Virus record (IMG/VR): IMGVR_UViG_3300042486_000977
DNA: 64,000 bases
Direction: 5' to 3' (one strand)
Source: an uncultured virus (IMG/VR IMGVR_UViG_3300042486_000977)
Lineage: Duplodnaviria > Heunggongvirae > Uroviricota > Caudoviricetes
In this document: positions 41,601-51,551 of the stretch, piece by piece
Layout: each line of letters opens with the position of its first letter
Position numbering within the stretch: the stretch's first letter is position 1
Position numbers and translations under genes: made by a program
Notes under the pieces: generated by a model
Seen by the model: only the letters and a program-made list of their open reading frames with translations
Told to the model about the DNA's origin: nothing
Databases searched by the model: none

Positions 41601-43944
41601 CCAAATTGAAAATAATAACGATACAGACTCAAATGGAGGTAGAACATTCTTTAGTTCATTTTTCTTTACACCTGGAAGTGAATTTCAACCATATGAAACC
41701 GAAATGCCAAAGTATTATGGAAGTTTAGACGAGTATTTGACTAACCCACAAAATCCATTCAGAGTCATTGATAGTTACACATATACAAGAATATTTTCAG
41801 TTGGTGTTAATAGTGGGTCGTTAAGAGTGAAAATGTCATCAACAATGAATGGTAATGCTTTTACACGACACTCACTATACACAAACGATGCGTGGGGGTT
41901 CCCCGCACAACCAAATGATAATACCTATGTTAATGGTATTACTGAAGACGGTGGAAACACGTGGGGAGGCTCATCTTATATGTTACATAATGGTGAGTAT
42001 TATGGAGATTCGATTGAAGGTGGTTCCTATATGTACCAAAATTATTCGGAATATAATAATCAAAAATGGACCAATTCAAGTAACATATATTATTCTCCGG
42101 CTTACACTACTACATCAGGCGCAACATCTTGGGGTATCACATATCCATTTGGTGTTAATGGAAAAATACAAATGACCAACCCAAGTAAAATTATTTTCCG
42201 CTCAGATAGATTACCAACTTCAACAACTGAACGTAGAAATGCTAATAACTCAATGTTATTTTTTCAAAATAAAAATTTCTCGGTATATTCATTTAATGAT
42301 GATACTGGAGAAATAACTGCAGTTGAAGGATTTAACGGAGGGGCGGATGCGATTGAGACTGAGGATAATTTCTTTTCTGACGGTTCAAGTCTTGGAGGTA
42401 TTAATGACCAAGTTGTTGCTAGTTTAAGTGATTGTGCGGCTGCGGTACCATTTGAGTGTTATCAAATTGATGAAAACGGGACAGTTCTTATTGAAGATTT
42501 TCCTAATTGTACTAAAGATTTAGGAGTGTCGTACTTCCAAAATGGTAAAGGATGTTACACATTTGTTAATGTACCTGTTATTGGTATACCTTGGGATTTC
42601 TTTAGAATTAGTGAATGGTATAATAGGACTCTATTTAATTTATTTTTATGTTTAGATGGTATTGAATATGATTTCTATAATAATTGGGTGTCGGGTAATT
42701 TGTTTATGCCAACAATATATGCTACAAATTTCCCTGATTTAAATGGAAATATGACTAGACGATATTGTAAAGACGTGGTCGTGTTTCACGAGGCAACTAA
42801 AAATTATTATTATAGAAGTAGTCCTTATAGATACAATTATGGATTTCTTGGAGGAAGAACAAGGGAAAGAAATAAAATTGGTTCGGGTAATGATGTTAGA
42901 GGAAATAATAGGAACTTAAAAACCCCTACAACAATTATTAATTTAGGACCAATAACTGACTACGCTAGTGAATTGGTACAAGGTGTTGGGTATTCAGGTT
43001 ATATTGCAAATTACCTAACACCAACAAGTTATAGAGACATTACGGACATTGTTAATTTTTATGTTTTATCTAGAAATTTAGAATTAAGTTATCAGATGGC
43101 AATTTCAATTTATCAAACAATTGCCAATTTTGCCACAGGAACTGCGGTAATTCAGGCATTTACTAACTCACCAATTAATCATTTATTTGGTGATAGAAAT
43201 TCAAATGAATCATCAAAAGTTAATGCTGACCTTGCTCAATTAGTATCAATTAATTCTGAATTTGGAGTACATCCATTTTCACCATCATCGTATCCTACTT
43301 CAGGTAATTTAAGAATTATTATTTTATATGATGGTTTGGATGTAACAGTAACTGGAGGAGCTGTGATACCTACCCCACAAATGAAATTTATTACAGGGAT
43401 ATTTTTTGAAGCTTATGATAGAAAAAGAGATGCTATCACCCCAAAAAGGTTACTATGGAATCAAAATGCTCAATTACCATTTCAGCCAAATGATATAACA
43501 AATTATTCACAACCCACACAGGTGGTACCGTTATACCAATGGGAATTGGATTTTCAAGACCAAGCTAATTTAATGGGAGGATTTTTAAATATTCCAGTAC
43601 CTGACCCAAATACACCTGTTATATTTGGTTCGGCTAAAAATGATTGGAAAACAACACCAATTAATTCTAATGATACATTTTTCTCATACGGGTTTCAAAA
43701 TCTTGACAGAACAAATAACACGTCAAGATATTTTATGGCCAATACTAACCAACAAAAATATCTAAATGGGTTTATTTATAATATAGATAGTAACGGTAAT
43801 TTTGAAATTTTAAAAGGTAATATTACCAATACTGTTAATACCGTAGGTGCTCCGTATCATTTCTACTTTGGTCTCAAAAAAGGTAGAACCGCTATGGATT
43901 TATTCTACATAAAATATGTTGATACTGATATAGTAATTGAATAA
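38632..43944 (+). CDS. large structural protein with N-terminal carboxypeptidase-regulatory-like (transthyretin) domain and a long hydrophobic segment
   Basis: GVICGRV...GIPNVKLS...KTNESGDYMIFGVPVGSY; hydrophobic run at about aa 517-580; lies in the baseplate operon. Confidence 0.6.
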   Translation: MNSSYRVRTQVGVDKSVPIDLEQEFETLEILSLKIYQRDIYTRVCSDYGVICGRVFSNKGYGIPNVKLSLFVPLTDEDSQNPIISEIYPYTNIDNLDENGYRYNLLPKESSHGGHTPTGTFPTRLEVLTNKNLSEVYEKYYKYTVKTNESGDYMIFGVPVGSYTIVMDVDLSDIGEFSLTPQDLIRLGLATEGQVAGSRFNASSNLNSLPQIINLTKQVEVLPLWGEEEVCKPSITRTDFDLTQEANIDLTPTAVFIGSIMSTEDEIKIGNSCKVPKKIGEFCKLVTGPGQIKAIRQTINYDTDSASSTFGYPQLEEFKLENDGHVIDENGAWMVEVPMNLDYVYTNEFGVQTISSDPTVGVPTKGKYRFKIKWNQSPSLSEETRRGYFLVPNVKEWGWTGPSDNYFEDGNPAFYASNSLNSEFLQYQQSYSFSLDWLDYGNPLTPEGQQMLQEAINCEDRFFEFEYKKLYTISQLMDKYKNGNGQKFIGIKNILDGSCSSENNKYPINDAYRGTSILYLMFSYFLSITKMLIFPIIIVLHAVALILYVVNFILTILIWTLYAPIYYFVDTIVNIINGLVPGSPLENPFNTSPSELTQAVFEKITIRKLPIPLLLQSEGECTFCDCKENEAASEYENASINNILSEQGNSCNLPLNDGNQFSVTISELVADFSPQFRVTVGGIQSSSTNASVRTPSSAYLDPYSDGGINYNEESDFIFSNQLPFAERVNLSNLKDKYFANSNIIRTYIEPDLNGNQYHTDNTLTFIITGCEDTYQTGKLITFQDPSLSTDPNQTIALSANTSGGLEITGTSSSAQTITLTYASASNNVLNGTVTYNLPLKESSEYIDYMKYKSDIEYFQVLTAITYSDFIAMGGSSTGLSNQGTFHSRLFKSPMWIGKATNSNNGRYEMSYQGLVNLNTTSFSTLSSAKIVICTRGVDPYSPKFNTKYDISRILNQPIGTVEIQGDYRINIPISPGGTDLDDKKKSVRHFQIENNNDTDSNGGRTFFSSFFFTPGSEFQPYETEMPKYYGSLDEYLTNPQNPFRVIDSYTYTRIFSVGVNSGSLRVKMSSTMNGNAFTRHSLYTNDAWGFPAQPNDNTYVNGITEDGGNTWGGSSYMLHNGEYYGDSIEGGSYMYQNYSEYNNQKWTNSSNIYYSPAYTTTSGATSWGITYPFGVNGKIQMTNPSKIIFRSDRLPTSTTERRNANNSMLFFQNKNFSVYSFNDDTGEITAVEGFNGGADAIETEDNFFSDGSSLGGINDQVVASLSDCAAAVPFECYQIDENGTVLIEDFPNCTKDLGVSYFQNGKGCYTFVNVPVIGIPWDFFRISEWYNRTLFNLFLCLDGIEYDFYNNWVSGNLFMPTIYATNFPDLNGNMTRRYCKDVVVFHEATKNYYYRSSPYRYNYGFLGGRTRERNKIGSGNDVRGNNRNLKTPTTIINLGPITDYASELVQGVGYSGYIANYLTPTSYRDITDIVNFYVLSRNLELSYQMAISIYQTIANFATGTAVIQAFTNSPINHLFGDRNSNESSKVNADLAQLVSINSEFGVHPFSPSSYPTSGNLRIIILYDGLDVTVTGGAVIPTPQMKFITGIFFEAYDRKRDAITPKRLLWNQNAQLPFQPNDITNYSQPTQVVPLYQWELDFQDQANLMGGFLNIPVPDPNTPVIFGSAKNDWKTTPINSNDTFFSYGFQNLDRTNNTSRYFMANTNQQKYLNGFIYNIDSNGNFEILKGNITNTVNTVGAPYHFYFGLKKGRTAMDLFYIKYVDTDIVIE

Positions 43945-45724
43945 CGAGAATAAAATATCAATTTTACTACCTGCGGATAGATACAAAGGTGCCCCTGAAC
44001 TTGACAATAATCTTGTTTTTGAGTTAGACTCAAAACAAAAAGAAGTTATTGAATATGATAGAAACCCTAATGTTTTTTTAGATGAGTTATATGATAATGA
44101 ACGACAACTGTCAACTTATTTTAATTTATCCGCAAAACTAACTACAATCTTTCAAAACCAATATACGGGAGAAACTAACTATTCAGCGTTTAAAAATCAA
44201 TTATATTATGTAAACGAGAATTATTACCAAACCCAAAGTTTCTTGTCAAATTTTAATGGATATTGGGGTGGATTCCCACAGTATCAAGAATTTGATTTAT
44301 CACGAAATGATTTTAATGTTACGGGTTATACAACAGGGACTAATCCACATATTAATTTTGTTCAGAGTGAAACCCCAAGATATAATTGGAATTTTTATTT
44401 AACTTATCCATACTCAAATGATTATACCAAAACTTTAACTAACTACAATGGTTTTTACAGTTCTTGGACCGTTGGTGATGGAATACCATTTGAAACATCT
44501 TATTTTACTTTTAATGGTCAAAATTTAATATTATTTAAATGTTTTGTCAAACACGGATTGACCGAGGGGGAAACAGTTCAATTATCTGAAACATATACTA
44601 ATCCTTCAACAGGTATCGGAACAAATTTATTTGAAGTTTACTCATTAGGTAATGACACTTTAAATTCGGAAGAATATTATTTTTCAATTCTTAACATTGG
44701 TTATTTAAATAACTTTTTATCACCAAATACGATTGGGACATTTAAAAGAGTATTGGACCCAAATAACTTAACAGAAACTACATCAAAATATTATGTTAGA
44801 CAACATATTGTAATTGATGATTATAACAATTTAGTTTTAACTAATTCTGGGTTTGAGAGAGAAATATTTTCAGATGAAAAGAAATTTTTTCAAGCGGCTT
44901 TAACTACTAATTTACAAGATAGAGTTGCGTATAAAGAAGGTACTAATGTTTATAATTTAACTAATAAACTACGTATTGACATTAATGGTCTGATTGATAA
45001 TAATAAACGACCATTAACTGAATTATATTATACAATAATCAATAGAGGTAGATTTGGATGGTTTAACCCTCCTGTTGCAGGTGGTAATACATCACTTAAA
45101 CAAGGGTGGGGATTTAATATTGATTATCCATCACCATCATTATATTGGTCAAGAAACCCAAATAATACAACGTCAGACACCAATATACAAGTATCGTCAT
45201 TTAGTAAAATTGAAAACAATCAAACTTATAATTTTTATTATAATAATGATTTAAATGTTGGTGATATTATTGACGGTGATTTTTGTGAGTGGAATGATTT
45301 TGAACAATCTGAAAGAGTAATTTCAGATTATTATCATAAGTTTGTATTAAATACTAATTTATTTGTTAACACAAGTGCCGACTTACTTGAGAGTAGAAAT
45401 CCTAGAGGATATTACTATCAACCACATAATAAATTCACTTTACGAGTATTTTCCGATTATGTTGAAACTGCACCATTAACTGATAAAGTTGTTGGTATTC
45501 CTAATTACGCTTACTATTCACAGAACAATCAGGAATATAGATGGAGAGATTTATACCCTTACGGTTATATTGATGGATTTGGTAATGGGGTTGATAATCC
45601 TTATACCAATAATTCTCACTACGTACATCAAAACTTTATTTTTAAAATACTACCCGAAGGTTCAAACTTTGCAATAAACGATACTGATTATATTAATTCC
45701 CCAATTGAAGATGGATGTGAATAA
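43937..45724 (+). CDS. putative structural protein
   Basis: 595-aa N/Y/F-rich ORF overlapping its neighbours in the baseplate operon; TTG start. Confidence 0.6.
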   Translation: MNNENKISILLPADRYKGAPELDNNLVFELDSKQKEVIEYDRNPNVFLDELYDNERQLSTYFNLSAKLTTIFQNQYTGETNYSAFKNQLYYVNENYYQTQSFLSNFNGYWGGFPQYQEFDLSRNDFNVTGYTTGTNPHINFVQSETPRYNWNFYLTYPYSNDYTKTLTNYNGFYSSWTVGDGIPFETSYFTFNGQNLILFKCFVKHGLTEGETVQLSETYTNPSTGIGTNLFEVYSLGNDTLNSEEYYFSILNIGYLNNFLSPNTIGTFKRVLDPNNLTETTSKYYVRQHIVIDDYNNLVLTNSGFEREIFSDEKKFFQAALTTNLQDRVAYKEGTNVYNLTNKLRIDINGLIDNNKRPLTELYYTIINRGRFGWFNPPVAGGNTSLKQGWGFNIDYPSPSLYWSRNPNNTTSDTNIQVSSFSKIENNQTYNFYYNNDLNVGDIIDGDFCEWNDFEQSERVISDYYHKFVLNTNLFVNTSADLLESRNPRGYYYQPHNKFTLRVFSDYVETAPLTDKVVGIPNYAYYSQNNQEYRWRDLYPYGYIDGFGNGVDNPYTNNSHYVHQNFIFKILPEGSNFAINDTDYINSPIEDGCE

Positions 45725-46505
45725 ATTTAAATTGTTACAGAATAATGACAATCAATATCAAATTGTCTTACCAATCCAAACTGATAATTTTTATTTGGGT
45801 TTGGATATGGGAATTGATGAAATTGAATCACAAGTAATTAAAGAAGTTATTGGGTTACCAAAAAACTATGAAATTGCTAGATTTGTTTTTAAAGGAGGTG
45901 TTGAACCATTTAACGGTGATTCATCGTTAAACATAAATTTTAAATTCTTTAATTTTAGTACGAACTCTTGGGAAAGTAGTTACTTATCAGTGTTCCAACA
46001 ACAACAGATTTATTACAATACTACTGCTTTTTCCAACTCATTTTTTAAGTTGGATTTTTATGATAAAAATGATAATAAAAATCAAAAAATAATTTTCACA
46101 GTTGTAATACCAACACAACAAGGTAAATTTGAAAATGTTCAAATATTCCCTTCTTGGTATGCAAATGAAGGTTATGCTAATTTAAAAACCGCTTCATTTC
46201 AATTAAATTATTTACAAGATAAGGAAGGTTATTTTATTTATTTTTTAGAGGACCAAACAATTATTAATTTAACTGATTTTTATGTTACATTTAAATTCTT
46301 TAATGGTAACACGGGACAATTTATACAGTTTTTAACACAAGACCCATCAACGTTTACGAATAATAATTATAACCCTGATGACTACCAATATTTAAAAGTT
46401 GTGTTAGATTATAATGATTACACATACAAATATACAACTTTGAATGGGGTGGATATTGGTAATGAACAAAACCCAATAAACCTATATCAATACATAAATC
46501 CGTAA
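45711..46505 (+). CDS. putative structural protein
   Basis: ORF coupled to both neighbours; ATG 45711 preferred over TTG 45705. Confidence 0.6.
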   Translation: MDVNKFKLLQNNDNQYQIVLPIQTDNFYLGLDMGIDEIESQVIKEVIGLPKNYEIARFVFKGGVEPFNGDSSLNINFKFFNFSTNSWESSYLSVFQQQQIYYNTTAFSNSFFKLDFYDKNDNKNQKIIFTVVIPTQQGKFENVQIFPSWYANEGYANLKTASFQLNYLQDKEGYFIYFLEDQTIINLTDFYVTFKFFNGNTGQFIQFLTQDPSTFTNNNYNPDDYQYLKVVLDYNDYTYKYTTLNGVDIGNEQNPINLYQYINP

Positions 46506-47605
46506 TGGAAAACGAATATTTAAGATATAAAATATCACCTGAAGTCATTACTGGAGATGTAAGAACTGTAATAGTTAGCGGTACATCTTACGGAATAATT
46601 TCAGGTATGACAAGTATTTTAAGTGGAGGTACTAATGGAGAATCATTACTTACTGATTTAACATTACCTATACCATTATTTCAAACTGCAATTGATTATG
46701 GATATTATGATGGTTTTGATGGAGATGTATTACAACAAGATACTGTGACTAATTTTTTATTTGTCCAATCAGGACAGTCATATGATGTAACAGTTTTTAA
46801 TACATCAGATATGTCACAAAAAAAGTTACTATCTGAATCTACATATACAATTGATTGGGGGGATGGGTCACCGATACAAACAACATCGTTAATAGCTCCG
46901 TTTGGAGTTAATCATACTTATTTACAAGTTCCTTACACGTATACAATTACTTTATCCCAAACAAACCCTTGGGGTATTATAAACGTTACTAAAACAGTTA
47001 CAGTACCCTATTCATTGGTTCCAAACCCAAATCCATATGGTAATGTTACCTTTACACCTGCGGGAGGCTCTTGGGCAAATACACCTGTTTCTTATGATTT
47101 TATATTTTGGGGTGATGAAGAAAATACAATTGCTCAACAAGTAAGTTCAAATTTTACAACAGTTCCGTTTTATGTCACTGCACAAACTAAATCACAATTA
47201 ACTGAGTTGGCGTTATATGGACCTCAAAAATATATTGTTAACCAACCAATATTTTCAGGTGTTGGTGCAGGTGCAACTTACGTAGGGGTAATCTTTGGAA
47301 TTGACCCTAACGGTGAATATACAGGGTATACTGTTAACAATGTTGACTACTATGATTTTAGTAACGGTACAACAATTTTATATGTTCAAAGTAGTGGTAT
47401 TACTTCAGAAATGTTAGTTCAATCCGCAATTACAAAAAATGAATATCTTTTAGGTGTAATTGACCAGCCAGAAATTTTCTCAAATGTATTTATTGAAAGA
47501 GGAAAAGAATCCGGTAATGAAAGAATCCAAAGATTGGGTGATGTGAATAGTTTAGGTGGGTTAATTAAATACGGATATAAATTCTTCAAAATTAAAAAAT
47601 ATTAA
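46505..47605 (+). CDS. structural protein with PKD/Ig-like domain
   Basis: YTIDWGDGS...HTY....YTITL...NPWG PKD signature. Confidence 0.7.
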   Translation: MENEYLRYKISPEVITGDVRTVIVSGTSYGIISGMTSILSGGTNGESLLTDLTLPIPLFQTAIDYGYYDGFDGDVLQQDTVTNFLFVQSGQSYDVTVFNTSDMSQKKLLSESTYTIDWGDGSPIQTTSLIAPFGVNHTYLQVPYTYTITLSQTNPWGIINVTKTVTVPYSLVPNPNPYGNVTFTPAGGSWANTPVSYDFIFWGDEENTIAQQVSSNFTTVPFYVTAQTKSQLTELALYGPQKYIVNQPIFSGVGAGATYVGVIFGIDPNGEYTGYTVNNVDYYDFSNGTTILYVQSSGITSEMLVQSAITKNEYLLGVIDQPEIFSNVFIERGKESGNERIQRLGDVNSLGGLIKYGYKFFKIKKY

Positions 47606-47607
47606 AA

Positions 47608-48516
47608 ATGGCAATAGGTTCATACGGTACAATTAGACCATCAGATGTTTCTCCGGCAGACGTTGAAATAATTCTCCATTATACCCCATCAAGGGATTTT
47701 ACGGAAAATTATACACTAAAGACTTTAGATGCTAATACTCTTTTACGTCCTTATTTTAATAATGATACCACAGGAGGTAATGCAAATGTTGAAATATTAG
47801 GAGGACTTTATAATTTAAAATTACCTGCGACTGAATTTAACAAATTAGGGATTTACACATTGTATTTGAGACCTGCTCAGATTAGAACGCAGATTACTGA
47901 TTGTGGTGTTTTATCCGCATTACCAAATGTTAAAGGGATTATAATTGACGTTACAAATGTCCCAAGTCAATATAGAAACAAGTTTGTTAGTCAAGGACTT
48001 GTTGGGTTTAGAGTTGAGTATTTAAATTCAGATGGAACTAAAGTTCCTAATTTTTTTAGATACATTACATCTAGTTTTTACTGTGAGCCAGTAACTCAAA
48101 ATTTAACAACAACACAACAAAAAGTTGTAAGATATAGATATGTGGATAATACTTCTAATTTAGTATTCTGTACGTTGACACCATCATCTGCCCCAACTAA
48201 CAAACCAAACGCCACACCATTTATTGGAACACCTGGTCAAAACATTATTATTAGTAATACATTTTTTAATCCTGTAACATTGGATGTTGAGATTGTTGAG
48301 CACGACGCTTCAACATTAGCGTTGGCGTTGTATGGTAACCAAACCAAATCTATGGATGATGGTATCTACACAATTTATGACTCAACTAATAACATTTATA
48401 AACAATATAACTTATACGAAATTAGAGACCAATTTAACGAATTACTTTACGAAGTTAGACAAGATAGAGGTGGTAACATTGATTTTAGTAAAAGTTATGA
48501 CAATATAATTGCTTAA
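47608..48516 (+). CDS. putative structural protein
   Basis: 302-aa ORF translationally coupled (TAATG) to the next gene. Confidence 0.6.
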   Translation: MAIGSYGTIRPSDVSPADVEIILHYTPSRDFTENYTLKTLDANTLLRPYFNNDTTGGNANVEILGGLYNLKLPATEFNKLGIYTLYLRPAQIRTQITDCGVLSALPNVKGIIIDVTNVPSQYRNKFVSQGLVGFRVEYLNSDGTKVPNFFRYITSSFYCEPVTQNLTTTQQKVVRYRYVDNTSNLVFCTLTPSSAPTNKPNATPFIGTPGQNIIISNTFFNPVTLDVEIVEHDASTLALALYGNQTKSMDDGIYTIYDSTNNIYKQYNLYEIRDQFNELLYEVRQDRGGNIDFSKSYDNIIA

Positions 48517-51500
48517 TGGCTGTAACCAAGTATACTTATCCAAAACAAACCCCAGCTGGGGCAGGTACCTTTTCAAATAATTTGGTAGGGTTTCAACTTG
48601 TACAAGGAGGAGGGCTTACGCAAGGTAATTTTGAATTTACAACATCTGTAACTGAAAAATCAAATAGAAATTTCGGAACAGGAGTTTTTTCAAATCCAAT
48701 ATCTTTAGATACATTAAATGTTAATCTTGCGGAATCCGCATCAATTTTTGCAAATACATTTGAAGTATTTCCAAATTTAGATTTACAAGAGGTAACTAAT
48801 TTTACATTATACGGACCATTAAGTAAAAGACTATCGGCCTCAGCTGAACATATTGTAAATTACTTTCCTGGAGGACTTGAGGTCACGTATAAGAAACAAG
48901 ATTACTCAACAGGGTACACTGCGGATAATATTATTTATAATTCATCCGAGGATATCACAGAATTTGACATCAGTGTTGATATGATTTCAAATCCTTTTGG
49001 AATTGATTTTACAACAAACGCCACTAGAAATTTACAAGCTAGAGAAATTAAAGTTTCAGATTTAAGAAATTTAACAGTTGAATATCAAAACTATGTTTTA
49101 AATCTTAATGGTAATTTTTATAGTTTAAATAATATTACTCCTACAACATCATTAACTGCTGGAACATTGACCGTACTTGTTAATGGTAATCCATTTTCAG
49201 GTAATATTAATTCAATTGATTATTTAGTTATTAGACCAAATGATGATATTGTTACTCGTGTTTTTACATTAGATTTAGACTATGTTGATAATTTCTTATT
49301 GAACAGGTCAACCGTTCCAAATTATACGGCATTATTTACAGTTCCGTTAGAAGCTGATGACGGTAGTTTTTATAATAGTTATGAAAAAGTTACTTGGCCA
49401 TTATACGGTCAATGGAATTTAGATATTTTAACAGATGCATTTACTCTATACCTTGAAAAATTAAGTACTATTGGTGATGAATTTGATAATTATAAAACAA
49501 ATTTAGTTGCTCGTTTTTTAATTACAGACTCAATTATTGAATTTGATACTAAAGACCAAAAGGTTGACAAGGTATTAAAAATATACGGTAGAAGTTTTGA
49601 TGAAACTAAAGTTTTCATCGACGCTTTGGCTAATATGAATTCTGTGAATTACAATATTGGTAACGATATTCCTTCACAACTTTTAAAAAATCTTGCACAA
49701 ACATTAGGATGGGATACAAACATCTCACCAATTACTAATGAAAATTTTTTAGATTCATTATTTAGTGCAAACCCAACACCTAACTTTGATGGTATCAGTG
49801 CAAACCCGACACCTGATGAGTTAAACTACCAATACTATAGAAATTTAATTATAAACTCAGCTTATCTATATAAGTCAAAAGGTACTAGAAAATCAATTGA
49901 AAGTTTAATGAGATTGATTGGGGCACCTGAAGCGTTAGTTGAGTTTAATGAAACCGTATATGTTGCTGACCAAAAAATAAACTTTTCACAGTTTGACCAA
50001 CAATACGAATTAATCGCTGGAGGTTCATATGTCCAACAATCAGTCCAATGGAACCCAAGTGTTACATATTCAATCCAAGGAACGGTTTACACTGCATTTA
50101 CTGCGACAAGTACAGTAATTCAGACAGATACGGTTAGGGAAGATTATCCGATTGATTCATTTGGATACCCAATGATGCCAACTGAAAGTGAGGATTATTA
50201 TTTCCAAATAGGTGAAGGATGGTTCGAATCGACACCTAAACATAGAAGTAATGAAATAATTAATACTACTTTAAGTGTGTTTACGGGTCAGAATTTTGAT
50301 GTTCAAACTCAATTGGCTCCGTTTACTTACGGACAACCTTATTTAGACAGATACCGAAATTTTCCATATTTGGAATTAGGATTTGATTTAACGAGAACAA
50401 TTGATAACAAAAAGAGTTGGGTTACTACAGAAACAAATAGAAATTATTCAAACGCAGGGTTTGGTTCAAATTACACAACTGAAGATGATAGATTGGTTGT
50501 TAATGTTAAAAACGTTGATTTATATTTAAATCCTGCTCAAGGATTATTATATGATGTGTGGTGGGTTTCACAACAATCAAACTACCCAATTCCAAGTACA
50601 GGTCTTCCACAATTTTCATCAGCATCATTAGACTATGGATTTCCTTTGGGACCTTGTAACTACAGTGCAGGTACAAGTGTTAGCGGATTAACATATTGTG
50701 GATTTGAATTTGATAAAACAATTATTGACCCAAAACCACAGAAGAAAACATTTTTTGAATTCGCTCAAGACTTTATCTCAAATATGATAAATGTTAGAGA
50801 TAGACTTTTCATTAGTGATGGTAAGACTGGTGGATACCCAAGATTACAATCAATATTTTGGGAATACCTTCTTTCAGAACAAACTGTTAATATTCCAACC
50901 AATCAGTTTACTTACGATAAGTTAATTGAATATGTTAATGGGTTAGGTGATTATTGGATTAGATTGGTGGAACAAATGGTTCCGGCAACGACAATTTGGA
51001 ATACGGGTACTAAACTTGAAAACTCAGTATTCCATAGACAAAAATTTGTTTATAGAAGACAAAAAGGTTGTGAAATCGTACCAATCGCTTGTGAATCTTG
51101 TAAAGCTACAGGACCATTGTATTCCTACGATTGTAACTATGAAAAGATAAATTGTTCAATATATCCTTGGTTAAACGGTAATACAACAACACCATCTTTT
51201 GGGGAAGTTTTAAATACTACATTGAATAATTACCTATCAAGTATTAGTTTAAGTATACTTGATTGTGATATTAATACATTGTTAAGTACTTGGTATGTGG
51301 ATGTAACTGTTAATGGTAATCAACTGATACAATCTCAATTCTATCAAGGTTATGGGCCAACGGATTTTCCAACCTCAGCAGAATGGTTAACAGCACTTCA
51401 AACATATTTACCTCAACTTAATAATTATAACTTGAGTTTTTACATAAATAACTCAACTTTATATGTACAAAATATGAATTGTGGACAAGACTTTTTACAG

Positions 51501-51551
51501 GACACATTCCAATTAAATATGGGTATAAACTTTTCATTAGCGTGTAATTAA
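48516..51551 (+). CDS. baseplate wedge / tail-fibre attachment protein (gp7 / P2 gpI-like segment)
   Basis: IPSQLL..LAQTLGW...YLYKSKGTRKSIE..MRLIG motif. Confidence 0.6.
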   Translation: MAVTKYTYPKQTPAGAGTFSNNLVGFQLVQGGGLTQGNFEFTTSVTEKSNRNFGTGVFSNPISLDTLNVNLAESASIFANTFEVFPNLDLQEVTNFTLYGPLSKRLSASAEHIVNYFPGGLEVTYKKQDYSTGYTADNIIYNSSEDITEFDISVDMISNPFGIDFTTNATRNLQAREIKVSDLRNLTVEYQNYVLNLNGNFYSLNNITPTTSLTAGTLTVLVNGNPFSGNINSIDYLVIRPNDDIVTRVFTLDLDYVDNFLLNRSTVPNYTALFTVPLEADDGSFYNSYEKVTWPLYGQWNLDILTDAFTLYLEKLSTIGDEFDNYKTNLVARFLITDSIIEFDTKDQKVDKVLKIYGRSFDETKVFIDALANMNSVNYNIGNDIPSQLLKNLAQTLGWDTNISPITNENFLDSLFSANPTPNFDGISANPTPDELNYQYYRNLIINSAYLYKSKGTRKSIESLMRLIGAPEALVEFNETVYVADQKINFSQFDQQYELIAGGSYVQQSVQWNPSVTYSIQGTVYTAFTATSTVIQTDTVREDYPIDSFGYPMMPTESEDYYFQIGEGWFESTPKHRSNEIINTTLSVFTGQNFDVQTQLAPFTYGQPYLDRYRNFPYLELGFDLTRTIDNKKSWVTTETNRNYSNAGFGSNYTTEDDRLVVNVKNVDLYLNPAQGLLYDVWWVSQQSNYPIPSTGLPQFSSASLDYGFPLGPCNYSAGTSVSGLTYCGFEFDKTIIDPKPQKKTFFEFAQDFISNMINVRDRLFISDGKTGGYPRLQSIFWEYLLSEQTVNIPTNQFTYDKLIEYVNGLGDYWIRLVEQMVPATTIWNTGTKLENSVFHRQKFVYRRQKGCEIVPIACESCKATGPLYSYDCNYEKINCSIYPWLNGNTTTPSFGEVLNTTLNNYLSSISLSILDCDINTLLSTWYVDVTVNGNQLIQSQFYQGYGPTDFPTSAEWLTALQTYLPQLNNYNLSFYINNSTLYVQNMNCGQDFLQDTFQLNMGINFSLACN

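Noticed and set aside
6704..51551. Extracellular contractile injection system / tailocin / T6SS locus
   Set aside because: Neck genes and a full T4-like replication set (PolB, SSB, UvsX, helicase, RNR) are interleaved, so this is a phage genome.
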